A DNA stretch of 64,000 bases from Schizochytrium sp. TIO01 (lineage: Eukaryota > Protista > Bigyra: Labyrinthulomycetes): contig SMSO01000014.1 of assembly GCA_004764695.1 (NCBI GenBank), positions 6,314,029 to 6,378,028 on the forward strand, in the 5' to 3' direction. The notes below the pieces were generated by a model, which was not told the DNA's origin, did no database searches, and worked only from the letters and a program-made list of their open reading frames with translations. Position 1 is the first letter of the stretch; each line of letters starts with the position of its first letter. A program made the translations under genes and the position numbers. Below are positions 49,599-61,625 of this stretch, piece by piece.

Positions 49599-50966
49599 AT
49601 GGCCTATGTAAGACCGAGGATTACAAAAAAGACTCTGAGGAGGGCAGTGAGGGAACAAGATTTGGAAAAACGTATCGAAGTGGAGTTCAGTCAGGATCAA
49701 CATGAGAAAATACATCGTGAGAAAGCAGAGGTAGCGATTCGCCAAACGCAAGAGAGGCTCAAATTTGTATCGTTGCTAAATGAACGAAAAATTTCTCGAG
49801 AACATCATGCAATACGGAAAGCTAGTGCCAGAGAAGAGGAAAACCTTGATGCAAAAATGCATGCCGCACTACGCAGGATCAGGACACTGAAACGTCAGCA
49901 AGCTCGTCAAGATGACTTAAGAGCAAATATTGTAGATCTTCAAAAAAGACTTGAGACTCACCTCAGTGATGGGCTGGCCAAACAGGTCGATGAGATGAGC
50001 AAACAACGTGATATTCTTCGTAATTCTAAAGCAGCTATTCAGCTTGAAGTCAGCACTCTCCAAGTTGCTACAAAGGAACTCGACGAGCTACGAGATGAGT
50101 CTCAACGTCAGAGTGAGCAGCTAGCAAGTCTGGCAGCAAGGGAAGTAGATCTACAAGCAAAAATAGTAGCCCTTAAACAGCAAATTAGTAAAAGAGGACG
50201 TATAGGAAGAGGTGTGTTTCGCAGACGTGTCAACCTTGATGATCAGACTGCTTTGTATGTGGATGAACCTCGTCCGCCTCAATTTGCAAACGATGGAGAA
50301 GACGAACCCGATAGTGACGAAGAATACGATATAGATGAAACAGGACTGATTCTAGCATCAGGTAAGGGCCCCTCGGGTCCAAATGATGTGGCTCCTGGCG
50401 AAGAAATCAATGCACCTTGGCGTAGAGAGCTTTCCCGACCGATTATGGACTTACGAATTACTTTGGAAAAAGCAATGGCTGCATACTTCTGGATCAAGGA
50501 AAGTACACGTTGTCGATTGTGCACAATACCATGTTCGTCAATGTTTGTTTCTACGCGGACTGGAAATACAGGTTGCGCGAATTGCCGCAGAGAACAAATG
50601 AAGTTATTTACGCCATGCTTCGAAGATCCAAATTTTGATTCAATCATTGCTCGCCTTGACATGAATGTATCATTCGAAGCAGCAATGGAAGCTGTGTTGA
50701 AGATCCTACGCGAAGATTTGAACTACGTCATGCATGAACCGATTGCCAGGATACGAACACGTTTTAGTGTATACACGAAACTGTTGAAAATGCAGAATAC
50801 GCAGCAAATTCCGCAGCACAGTCCTGCGGTCGAGGCGGCGCATAGAATTGCTACAATTTGGAGAGAGAGAACAAGGCGGAGGCGCGAATCATTGGCTAGT
50901 GAAACCTCTTCAGCCACGACACAATCTAAAATAAGCAGTGTAAATATAGGTGGTAAGAAGAGATGA
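49599..50966 (+). CDS. Coiled-coil protein with a degenerate RING-like Cys cluster and an IQ-like motif
   Basis: 455-aa ORF with a heptad-rich N-terminal half, CRLC..PC...GCANC...PC, and AAHRIATIWRERTRRRR. Confidence 0.65.
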   Translation: MAYVRPRITKKTLRRAVREQDLEKRIEVEFSQDQHEKIHREKAEVAIRQTQERLKFVSLLNERKISREHHAIRKASAREEENLDAKMHAALRRIRTLKRQQARQDDLRANIVDLQKRLETHLSDGLAKQVDEMSKQRDILRNSKAAIQLEVSTLQVATKELDELRDESQRQSEQLASLAAREVDLQAKIVALKQQISKRGRIGRGVFRRRVNLDDQTALYVDEPRPPQFANDGEDEPDSDEEYDIDETGLILASGKGPSGPNDVAPGEEINAPWRRELSRPIMDLRITLEKAMAAYFWIKESTRCRLCTIPCSSMFVSTRTGNTGCANCRREQMKLFTPCFEDPNFDSIIARLDMNVSFEAAMEAVLKILREDLNYVMHEPIARIRTRFSVYTKLLKMQNTQQIPQHSPAVEAAHRIATIWRERTRRRRESLASETSSATTQSKISSVNIGGKKR

Positions 50967-51426
50967 ATGTCAGCACCAGAGCTGTCTTAAATTGATTGCC
51001 ATATTAAAATGGGTAAGGTGCATCTTCTTGCTAATAATGTGAACCTCTTAATAATTTTCAAAGTGAACATCAAGAAGATCGTGGCGCTTAGAAAGTGAAG
51101 ATAATTAATTCCGTAAAGCGATGTTAGACATTAAAAAGAGACGGGGAGGCGTTGTGAAGAAATAGAGCTAGATCGATGGATAAGCAAGCTCCTATACGCC
51201 CTCACTTGGTTGGACTTGTGCATCTGAAACGAAGGCTGGAAAAGAGAAGATGTCCAGTTGTGCTTGCTTCCTTGTATCCTTAATAAAGTAAATCAGGAAT
51301 AAAGCACTGTACTTAAATCATATCTCAGCTGAGGAGAGAACAAGCTCAGATCTGATCTTTGACCTAGACAATGGTATTTAAATGGCGGAAGATTGCATTC
51401 AACCACGCGTTAAAAAAATTGAACAA

Positions 51427-52617
51427 TTACTCTTTGTTTGGCAGTGAAATTGCTGTCAGACGAAGACGTGCATAATCGAAATAGTCAAAGTCGATGGGTG
51501 AGTACAACTTTTGAATGAGCGCCCAGAGACCCCAGAAAAAGTGTGATGATACCGCAAAACGGTCGATCCAGGCAATAGTAGCGGTGTAAAAAGCTTCGGC
51601 AAACTCCTTGTCTCCTTCGAGGCGCTCCTTGAGAGACGCAAGCTCCATATCCCCACCCTCGGCACTAGCATCAATATAGGTTTTCACAAAGAAACGTTGA
51701 TGATCTGGTGTTGGGTACCAGCGCTCCAGGTCAAAGTCAAAGCCAGCGTATTCGCAGAAGTGGTTTGCGAAGTCAAAACCGCGAAAGTTGTACTTGCCAT
51801 ACTCAAAGTCGATGAATTGCATGCGCGAAGTTGGCTCTGAGACATAAAGAACATTTCCCGCAAGCAAATCGTTATGGCAGAATGAGCATTCGAAAAGAAA
51901 TTTGCGTGCTGCAAGCTCCGCCTCGCTCAAGCCCTCCTCTTCGAGGAGATCTTTGCCATTGTTGTTGGAAGCAGAAGGCAACTCCTTCTCAAGTTGCGCA
52001 AGACGCTCCCTCAACTCAGGAAGGCGATAGCTGTCAAGCTTGGCTTGTTCAGCTTCGTTGTCAGGAAATGCAATGTCGTTTGTCATGTCGCGAAATTTGT
52101 GCAAAAAGTGCCACAGGTACGGCTCCCGGGGCAAGGGCATGTCGAGGTGATGCATTGTGGCAAGCTCCTTTGCAATAAGATCGGCATAGTCGACAGGCTC
52201 GCGCTGGCCCATCTGGTCGGGAAGCACGGATTTGCTCGGAATAAATCCCTCCACACGGCCGTTTTTGAACAAGCCATGAAGCTTGGGGCCAAACTCCTTT
52301 TCGCCAAGAATGTGAAATACCAAAGACTCTACTGCTCGGTCGATCAAAAGCTCAGTATTCTTTCCATACAGGCGCACAAGAGCAGCGGCATCCTTGCTCT
52401 CGTCCCTGAGCAGGTAAAGCTGGTTTGTAATGCCTCCCTGAAGGGTGGTTACGGTGATATCCTCGGGCTTCGACGAAGAAAAATCGTCTACGAGCCCAAG
52501 CACAGCTTCCACGCATCCCTTAGCACGTGCCTCGGGCTCAGTTTCCTCAACATGAAGGTCTAGCCTCTTGGGGTGCTTGAATCCCTTCAACATGGCATCT
52601 TCTGCATGAGTTGTCAT
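51427..52617 (-). CDS. Ethanolamine/choline kinase
   Basis: GGITN, VRLYG, Brenner motif CHNDLLAGN, IDFEY, FDFANHFCEY and SHFFWGLW. Confidence 0.92.
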   Translation of the reverse strand: MTTHAEDAMLKGFKHPKRLDLHVEETEPEARAKGCVEAVLGLVDDFSSSKPEDITVTTLQGGITNQLYLLRDESKDAAALVRLYGKNTELLIDRAVESLVFHILGEKEFGPKLHGLFKNGRVEGFIPSKSVLPDQMGQREPVDYADLIAKELATMHHLDMPLPREPYLWHFLHKFRDMTNDIAFPDNEAEQAKLDSYRLPELRERLAQLEKELPSASNNNGKDLLEEEGLSEAELAARKFLFECSFCHNDLLAGNVLYVSEPTSRMQFIDFEYGKYNFRGFDFANHFCEYAGFDFDLERWYPTPDHQRFFVKTYIDASAEGGDMELASLKERLEGDKEFAEAFYTATIAWIDRFAVSSHFFWGLWALIQKLYSPIDFDYFDYARLRLTAISLPNKE

Positions 52618-55600
52618 CTTGAGCAAGGCTCAAGGTTTTTCGGCAAGGGGTTGAAATCGCGTGTTCCCAAGGAAGTGAATCCACCCTAGTTGACACAAAG
52701 ACCGCTACCACACCTCAAAGAAAGATGTCTTCGCTGTGCGCAGAGAGATGTGAGGAGAAGATTTGCTACTCTTATGTGATAGCCTCCGATTTCGGCACTG
52801 CCAGCACTCTGACAAAGACGCGAGAGCGTCAAAACCGGCAGCGATGAGACGAGGATGAGCAAGAAGCAAGTCTAGTCGAACGAGCCAACGAAGGAAGTAA
52901 GGATCTGGAATGAACACGACGTCGGAAGCGCGGGGGAAAGCGCTGCCCGGTGTCGCGTCTCTTACGAAGCTCCGAAGGGCTTTGCAGCGAGCTTCAGGCA
53001 CAGGTGGCGCGACGAGGAAGGCCTCTTTTGATGGTTTCGGATCTGCTCTCCACGAACAGGGATACTATGATGACGGAGAGGTGGTCCACGAAGAAGAAGA
53101 GGAAGCAAAAAGAAAGGAGAACAAGAAATACTTTTTCTTATCGATTATTTCTTACCCAAGTTTTTTTTTTACTTACCTTTTGTTTTTACATTCTTTTTTA
53201 ATTTTAAAAATAAAATAGAATTGACACCTTGTTGGTATCATCTATATCATAACGGGGCAAACATGGCAATCTAGAGAGTACAAATGAAATCAAATCCTAA
53301 GCGCCCTTTTACTTTTGCAAAATCCCACGACTACAAATGCAGGTTTCGTTTCTACAACAGCGATAATGATGGTGACGTGAAGACGATCGTTCTCTAAACC
53401 TGGGCGGAGGAGGACATTTTTTTAGTAACCATTTTTTTAGTAATTAAAAAAAATGAATTATTTAATTATCTTATTATTTGTTTGTTCATTTAGTTAGTTA
53501 GTCAGTCACACGAATAACAAATAACTTGAACACATCATCTCAGAAAGAAGAATCAAGGTCACGAACTGAACGGACTTCTCCTGCGACGTCAGGTTTTGTC
53601 TGCACATATGACACGCATTTCTCAGCTCTGTTGCTCTGAGCTCCTTCTCGCCTGAATCTGGTGTCGAGCCTCCTCATTCATGCATGTCCATTCACGATGA
53701 CGATCGTGAGTGAATGCCTGAGTGCACGATTCATACTTTACCTTTCGTCATCTCTAGAGATGAGATGGATAAATAGATTGACAAGTTCTTCTCGACTGCC
53801 ATGCTCCCAACATTCGAGACAGACGCTTCCTTGGCCAGGTTACGCCCTACCTTCGAGTGCCCTGGGCCCAAATAAAGTCCTCGCTCGCAGGTTTTCAATG
53901 GTACGTGAATGTGCCGTGCGGCGTGGCCCCTGCTGAGACTTCCTGCATTTCCATGCCGACGACAGTGCCTTTAGGTTTTAGTTTTAGCTCGACATGCCCA
54001 ACGACAGCATTCAAGCACCACAAAGCCATGCAAAGCCATGCCAATGCCATGTCATGTCATGCAAAGCCATGCCACGCCCATGCCACAGGGCAGGACCTGT
54101 TCTGATGCCAGGTCTCCTTCACGGAGCTCAGCCAGTCCAGTCCACCTGAGTCGCCTTCTGCAGCTCTTGAGCCCACGTGTGCTTGCTTCTGCTGGCCTTG
54201 TGCGTCGCTGACGATGTTGGCGGCCAAGGCCGTCCACCGCCGCCACTGGTCTCCACTCGCATCGTCTTCCCAGATCGTCCTGAGGCGTCGTTGTTGGTAA
54301 TCTCGATCGAACTGGTTCCCAGCAAAGGATAGGACATCGATCGCCCGCGAAGGGCCTCTCCTTAGCGGGTGCCTGCCTGCACATGCACCCCGCTTGCCAC
54401 GACCATCGCGAATCCGCGAGCGAGGCCACGGCTGTAACCTGCGCCAGCCTGGCCGGCTGCCACGCTCGGCTTGGAGAGCTGCAGAAAGAAGGCGCTCGAG
54501 ATGGCACCAATGAATAGCGGCCTCGACGGGTGGTTGGTTCTGCTGCTTGGCGGTCATCATCATCGTCGTCATCGTCGTCGTCATCGCCGTCATCGCCAGC
54601 AAAACCACTGCTGTGGCTGCCTCACTGCCAGGCTTGGAGAGCTCTTCGAAGAGAGGCGCTTTCCGGGAGCGTGTTAAGTTGCGATGACTCCAGCCAAGTT
54701 GAAGTTCTTGCGATGCGGGGTCTAAGTGAATGTGAGGCGACCTGGCAGAACTGGCGGCACGAAGACAGCGATAGTGGTGGAGGCGGAGTGCACCAAAGAA
54801 GCATCAAGACACCTCAACATGAGCCCAAGTTGGTGTCTGAAGTCAAGATGTCTCTGGATCCGTCCGCACAGCAGAGTGTGGCACACGTGAGTGGTTGTGA
54901 AGCAGGATTTGCGGTTGACTGCTTGAGGGAGGCCTGGTCTTGGGAGTTTGAGTTGGAAATGGCATTCCTTGCTCGACAGTTGTTTGTTTGTTGGTTTGTT
55001 TGTTTGTTTGCTTGTTTATGTGGCTGCGTGAATATCTCCACCTGTGATCTTGGCGCTTGACCAAGCTGTCCGTGAGATTTCATCTGCCCGTGAGATTGCA
55101 GCACGTACCGAGTCCGAGTTAGTTTGCAAATAAATTATCATCCTCAAGCAGGCAATGAACGGCCTGCATTGATTGAGAAGAGCTTCTTCTTGTTGTGAAT
55201 TGCAATCAAGTGCAGCCCTTTGCATGTAACGGTTTACGATGCGTCAAACGTAGTACGTAGTGGAAAAGGACAAAGCTCGAGGCAGCTTTACTTGAGAAGC
55301 AAGCCATTCTCGCCATTAAGTACTTCGTACTACTATATAGACAGATTTTTAATTAAAATGAACAAACAAATAGGCCTTTAACAGCAGCAAATACAATGGA
55401 AACACCAACTTGGAAACTTGAACAATTAATTTCATTGAATAAATAGATATATATTTTTTAATTTTTATTTTTAATTTTATTTCCATATTTTTTTCAATTT
55501 AAAACATAATAATTTTAGAAATCGATTTTATTTTATTTTTTAACGAAAAACATGCGCATCATGATCATCATGTAGAGATGCAGCGCAGCACGCGCTCGAA

Positions 55601-56861
55601 GAAGATTGGATCGGGGTATCTTTTGATCTTTTGATTTGGATCGCTATTTCGGAAGACAAGGCTGACGCGCCTATGCCTAGTATGAGATCAAGTTGTATGT
55701 ACTATCTAATACCTAGCTTGCAACTTGAAGCTGTTGCGTGGACTCGGACTCAGATGATCCGAAGGTAATTGAAAGTAGGAGGTATCCATCCGAAGGTGAT
55801 GATGACAGCGCAAAGGTCGAACTTTACAGCAAGAGGAGACATAGGACTGCGAATGGCATGAGAGAAGGTCGGACTTCTTATTCTTTATGACACACGCTTT
55901 AGGCCTGTCAGAGGCAACTCCTTAAAAGCGTTTAGCTTGGGTAGTCTCAATCAATATTGTCGCCCATAACTGTCAGATACAGGTCTCTGCTAGGTAGAGA
56001 GGTACAAGGTAGCGGTTTACAGTAGCAGAAATGCAGCAATTATGGTAGCAAGTAAATAATTGTTTGTGCAAATTATTGCTAGAAGGTCTTGTTTCCACCG
56101 CACGTAGGTACAAGAACGTGTGCATTTTGGATGCAGCTGCACGGAGCTTTGTGAGCTGGCCACTTAGTCTGAAATGTGGAATTTTGTTTTTTCCAAGACA
56201 GGCTTGCAAATTTGAAGAATGTCCAACTGTAAGAGAAATCAACTGGACCTGGGTAAATATTAAGACTGTTAGAGGGGCATGCCGAACTAGTTTACTCACC
56301 GCTTTCTGGTGGTAAACTTCATGGAGCACGACTTGTTTATAGACAAGCTTTTCGTAAGCTTTGCGTTTTCTTTGTATTTTTTAAACAGTGTATCACAATT
56401 GTCTTCAAAAGTAAAGCCATCAGGATGTCCTGCAGCAAAACGATTGCATTAACGTTTCAATAAGCAGCCGAAAAATTATTATATGCTACTAACATATTGT
56501 ACATTTTCCCAGCTACGCCAATATTTGACAAATCGTAAACAAGAAAGAAAGACCTGCAAAGTATCAATTCAGTTGCCTTTATAATGAATGTTAATGATTG
56601 AAAAGCCAAAACTGTAAACTCTAAAAAAAATTGGAAGTGTTTAGTAATGCAAGAAAACGTATAGATAGAGATCTGATTACCTTTTTTTAATTTAACCTTA
56701 AAGACACAGTTGATGGTATGGGGAGACAACAGACCCTAATTTGCTTATTCTATTCGCACAAATATTGTTGATGAGACGTGCATGAACTAGTGAAGGGTCT
56801 CATGCTGATACATTGTCATCTCTTCCTTGTGTGATGGATGTCTTGTTTTAACAACTCCCGA

Positions 56862-57839
56862 TTAATTTTGCGGGCCAACTGTCAGGACAATTTTGCCCTT
56901 TGTTCGACGTCCAATCAAGTCTGCAATACCTTCTTCAACATTTTCGGCATTGAATGTAAGAACCTTGCTGATTACTGGTTCCGCATGCTGTTCTTGCAAC
57001 AGTTTTACAATCTCATTAAGGCTCTCACCATTCTGGTCAGCAAAATACAGTTTATGCTTGGCTTCTTGCATACCAGTTACCATGCGAACCAAAGAAGTGA
57101 GTGGACCTGCGAGAGATACAGAAATACCTTCATCCTTTATCAGCTCCCTGTCTTGGCTGAAGTAGTCTTCACCGCCACCACTGAAAGATGCTACGTCGTA
57201 GACGAAATCTACGCTTTTAGGACCCAGTGCTTCTAATGGTGTCTCTTTCGTGTAATCGATGACACGGTTGGCCCCCAAATCCTTGACAAGCTTTTCATTG
57301 GCCCCGGAGCAGACAGCGATGATCTCTGCATCAGGGCCGCCGATCGCACGCCCCAGAATGACGCCAGCAGTTCCGGTGCCACCACTCGCCCCAATAATCA
57401 CCAATCGCTGGCCAGACTTGTAGCCAAACTTGGTCAGAACTTGATAAGCTGCCTGGAAACCTACGGGGATCGCAGCGCACTGCGTAAAGCTAAAGCACTC
57501 CGGTGCTTTGACAATCGATGCTGCCTTGCATAGAGCATACTCTGCGTAGGCTCCATTTGCAAACCCAAACACGCGATCCCCGGGTACAAATCCATTAACT
57601 CCTTCGCCGACCTCTTTCACAATACCTGCAACATCAAAGCCTAGAACTTGGCCTGGTGTAAGTAATGCCATCATCTGGAGTTTGTAGTCAGCAGGGTTCA
57701 AGCCAAACGCTCTAACCTCCACAACAAGCTCGCCTTGTTTAGCTCTTGGTACAGGTTTGTCATTCACAAACTTGCGCCCGTTCAGACCACTCATGACCAC
57801 CGCTTTCATCGTTTCTGATGTGCTGTTGGAGTTCCCCAT
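56862..57839 (-). CDS. Zinc-independent MDR-family (quinone) oxidoreductase with an N-myristoylation motif
   Basis: GLNPADYK, GFDVAG, GDRVFG, GAYAEY, IIGASGGTG, VIDYT and GKIV motifs, with no catalytic Zn ligands. N-terminus MGNSNS. Confidence 0.88.
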   Translation of the reverse strand: MGNSNSTSETMKAVVMSGLNGRKFVNDKPVPRAKQGELVVEVRAFGLNPADYKLQMMALLTPGQVLGFDVAGIVKEVGEGVNGFVPGDRVFGFANGAYAEYALCKAASIVKAPECFSFTQCAAIPVGFQAAYQVLTKFGYKSGQRLVIIGASGGTGTAGVILGRAIGGPDAEIIAVCSGANEKLVKDLGANRVIDYTKETPLEALGPKSVDFVYDVASFSGGGEDYFSQDRELIKDEGISVSLAGPLTSLVRMVTGMQEAKHKLYFADQNGESLNEIVKLLQEQHAEPVISKVLTFNAENVEEGIADLIGRRTKGKIVLTVGPQN

Positions 57840-58846
57840 CTTGGCACGTCAATCCAAGCTGTTTTGTATGGGACGCAACGTCAAGATCTTGAACAGCCTC
57901 TCTGACTGGCACCTGATTCTGGTTCTGGATTTGACATTCCTCTATTCTAGGTATTCTTTTCTTTCATTGTGCATGTTCATAAAAACAAATCAAAATTCAG
58001 ACCCAAGAAGCTTTACGGGGGCGAGTCATAGAGATATCGGTAATGCAGAGCATCACAGTGTGAGTGTAAATCGAGGCTATATGTAGGTACACTTACTTTT
58101 GATTTGTAACTTTTATTCACATGTGACATGAGAGAGTGAAGCATCAGCTTCCAGTATGCACATTCTGATATCTCTCAATAACCACGGCCAGTCAAAAACT
58201 GGGGGCAATCGCTTTGATCTGAGTGAGAGATCAATCATGGGAGCGAAATGCATGCAAATAAGTAACAATGAAAAGTTACCACATTTTCTTTCTGTCGGAT
58301 GCGGAGGTTAAGTGCGATAAGGTAAATGGTAAAAGGGTTATAATCTTCCAATTTACTCTTGAAGAAAAATCAAAATGAGGCTTTTCTTGCGGTCTCGGGG
58401 GATAATGAGCATGGACAGCAAGCAGTGCTTTAGAGCATGATGTAACAGAGACAGCAAGCTTGAACTTCTACTTGATATTGTTTTAAAATCAAGAAATACA
58501 AATTTTACACAAGTGAAGTAAGAAATGTTGTATAGAATTGTAGTACTATGAATTTGGAAATAATAAGATCTGTAAATGCTTGAGTCACCTCTGATGTGAC
58601 TTTTGACCACAGATTGACCACAGGTTGGCTATAACGGCGAACTGGAATGAAATAGGGTATGCAGCAAGAGTTTGTATATTGAAATTGGGATAAGCTCGTG
58701 ATCACAGTATCAGCCTAACGACAGCAGTCCAAATGCAAAAAGAAACAAAAACACTTGAATGGATACCCTGTGGCAAGAAACAGACCCATGTTACTTGCTT
58801 CAAAACTAGGTGTCATAAAATAATATATATAAAACAAATGGAGCTG

Positions 58847-61625
58847 TTATCGAACAACTCTAACAGTACTGGGAACATCATTGTTTGAAAGACTAAAGTC
58901 ATCATAAAAATATTGATTAGCTTTGTGCCCACCATTTGCAATAATAACATTTAGCAACTTACTCAACATGCGAAACCAGTCTCAGGTTTTGGACTGGAGA
59001 AGTATTTACCTTTACGCCACCGTCAATTTGCAAAGTGCTCCACGATCGCCTTCGTTATCAATGCCGAGGTTAGAATACATTGCATAGATACAATTCCCTG
59101 CTTCCCCAACGCTATAACTTACTCAAGATGCATGAGTGCTCTAAAATTTTTAAATCCTCTGGCAAAAGCTTTAGCCTCTACGGATCCAATTTTGTTACAT
59201 GATAGACTGCGAGGTTGTTAGTATGGTCGCAAAATATGATCCATTCGCTTTGTACGAAAACTTACTTGAGATCATTTAAAGACCTGAGCTTCGGCAGTAC
59301 TGTAAATAAAGCATTCGCACCTTCCGGGCCAATATCATTGTATGAGAGACTTTAAATCAATGCAACAGTGGTGTATTAGTTTCCACACTTGAGAGGATCT
59401 CAAATCAGTTGCTTGGTACCAACGCGTAACTTACTTCAGATGAGTTAACCATTTGAGATTCTCTAGTTTTGGTCCCAGCAAAGTAGCACCAGGAGAACCA
59501 ATATTGTTTTTCGACAGACTAAATGTTTGTTTTGTTAAGTTTTTTCAGTTAGTGCTGTTTGCATGTTTTGAGACATGTCACCAAAACTACAAAATAAACT
59601 TACTCCAGGCATGAGAGGGACTTCAGATTTTGAAACATGAGTACCTTGACTCCATCGGCACCAATATTGTTCCATGAGAGGCTATGTTGAGGACAAAAAA
59701 GGCGAACTATTAGTATGTTGAATCTCACTCACTCAGTACTGTGATCTGACTTACTCAAGATGTGTTAAAGTTTTGAGCTTTTGTAAAATAAGAACAAGAG
59801 CGCAAGCGCCTTCTGTCCCAAGTTTATTCCATGAAAGACTGCAATAAACCATATGTTTTCCCAACTTTTTGTGAGTGTGACGATATATATTAATTTTCCT
59901 CAAATCAAACATGCGAAACTTACTAAAGGTGTGTTAAGGGCTTGAGCTTTTGGAGTGCAGGTGTGAGCGATTTAATGCCCTCAGCACCCATGTCATTGCT
60001 TGAAAGACTAAAATATGAAGAAATAATACAAGGGTGACCAATTTCGAAGGTTAGTTTGTGCATTGGTTTGTTTCCGGCTGTTTTGCATTGGTTGACTTAC
60101 TCAATGTAAATAAGCTTACGAAGCTTTTGCAAAGAGGGTGCAATGACCTTGGCTCCGGAGGGCCCAATATTATTATCCGATAAGCTGATTATCAGTGCAT
60201 AAGTGTTACATATTGCACAAGGTCCAGTTAAGTCAGTATGAGCCTTTACAATGCCACCATGGGTTTTGGCCTACTTACTCAAGATGCACGAGTGATCTCA
60301 GGTTTTGGAGAACCAGTGCTAATGCCGTTATACCCTCCACTGTGCTTTTATAACGTAAAAGTCTACGTGCAATAACGGAGCAAAACCTCAGTTGTGTCAG
60401 CAAACCTATGTTTTAGTTGTTGATCGAGAATTTCATTAACTTACCTAAAAAATGGCTTCTTAGCTGAAGCGTATCCAAAGTGAATTTTAGATTGGTCTGC
60501 TTCAATTTCATTGTCTGCAAGGCTGTTCTCCATTTTGAGTGACTATTATGTTAGATTTCGTGCTTTACTTTCTGCTTTCACAAACTTTCATGAATTTAAC
60601 TATATCTTCGATAAATCTCTAACGTACTTGAGATGTGTCAATAATTTCAAATTTTGTAGAGCTGGCACGATTGCTTTGACTCCGCAAGCCCCCATTTTGT
60701 TATGTGAAAGACTAGAGCCATGATTGCAGACAGTTAGTCACTCGTTTGTTTTAATAATTGCAGATTAAGCAAGAGAGGGAAGAAACTTACTCGAGGAGCT
60801 TTAACTTTGTCATGTTTTGCAGTGCTGGGCTCAGGAGTTTAAAAGCCTCATATGTTAATTCATTTCCGGCCAAACTATTGTTTGATATACAAAAACCAAT
60901 AACAAGTAAAGTAAATAGCACACAGTTAGTTCCGAACTCACACGCAGGGTAAAATAGTTCGTTATCTTTTTCAACTTTTACTGGTTGTACGTCAAAATCA
61001 ATCCAAAATTGCATTTTAGTCCAGGAAACTATGATGCAACTTACTTTAGCTCTAATAGTGCTTCCAGATCATAAATAGCAGGAATGAGAGGTTTGAGTCC
61101 TTCAACACGAAGCCTACTCCATGACAAGCTAAGATCAAAGAAGGGTAAAATCATATCAAAAAGGAGGTTCATTCGAGTTAGTATCTACCATGTCGCATTG
61201 CATATGTACAAAACCTCGCCCACAACCAAACAAACTTACTTGAGACATGTAAGAGATCTAAGATCTTGTAACGCAAGCGATAGGACTTGGACGTCATCAT
61301 GTTGTAATTGATTTCCCGAGAGACTGTTGGGGCAATATATGTATGCAGAGCATTTACCGTCAGCGAAATTGAAGCAAGCTAGCAGAACATGATTGGCAAC
61401 GTACTTAAGTTTCTCCAAGGCTCCATGATTTTGAAGAGCTTCTTCAAGAGCCCTAGCGCTGATGTTCTTTCCTTTGAGGCTAGATATGGTTTTCATGGCC
61501 ATCCTCGTTAGATTTTCTGGTTCAGACTTTCTTACAAAGGTTATTCTATCAAAGAGGACGTACTTAATTTCGGGAGCTGCTTCGCGTACTATGTCAATGG
61601 CCTTGTGAACCATCTCAAGCGCCAT
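58847..61625 (-). CDS. Stand-alone RI-like LRR protein, ~449 aa, 17 exons: 61625-61564, 61479-61405, 61323-61240, 61128-61045, 60874-60791, 60711-60628, 60522-60445, 60362-60279, 60184-60101, 60007-59924, 59838-59755, 59681-59604, 59518-59435, 59349-59266, 59206-59123, 59049-58963, 58892-58847
   Basis: Eleven exons of exactly 84 nt plus internal exons of 75, 78, 78 and 87 nt. All donors are gtaagt or gtacgt, all acceptors are ag, and all introns are phase 2. Spliced length 1350 nt is open to TAA. Example repeat: LSDNNIGPSGAKVIAPSLQKLRKLIYI. Confidence 0.88.

Noticed and set aside
59123-61323. Regularly spaced ~150-190 bp units suggesting a CRISPR-like or satellite array
   Set aside because: The periodicity comes from LRR exon plus intron units. 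There are no identical direct repeats and the DNA is eukaryotic.
61236-61625. 129-aa continuous ORF
   Set aside because: Read-through of two stop-free introns (84 and 81 nt) of the LRR gene. Both have canonical gtacgt donors and ag acceptors.
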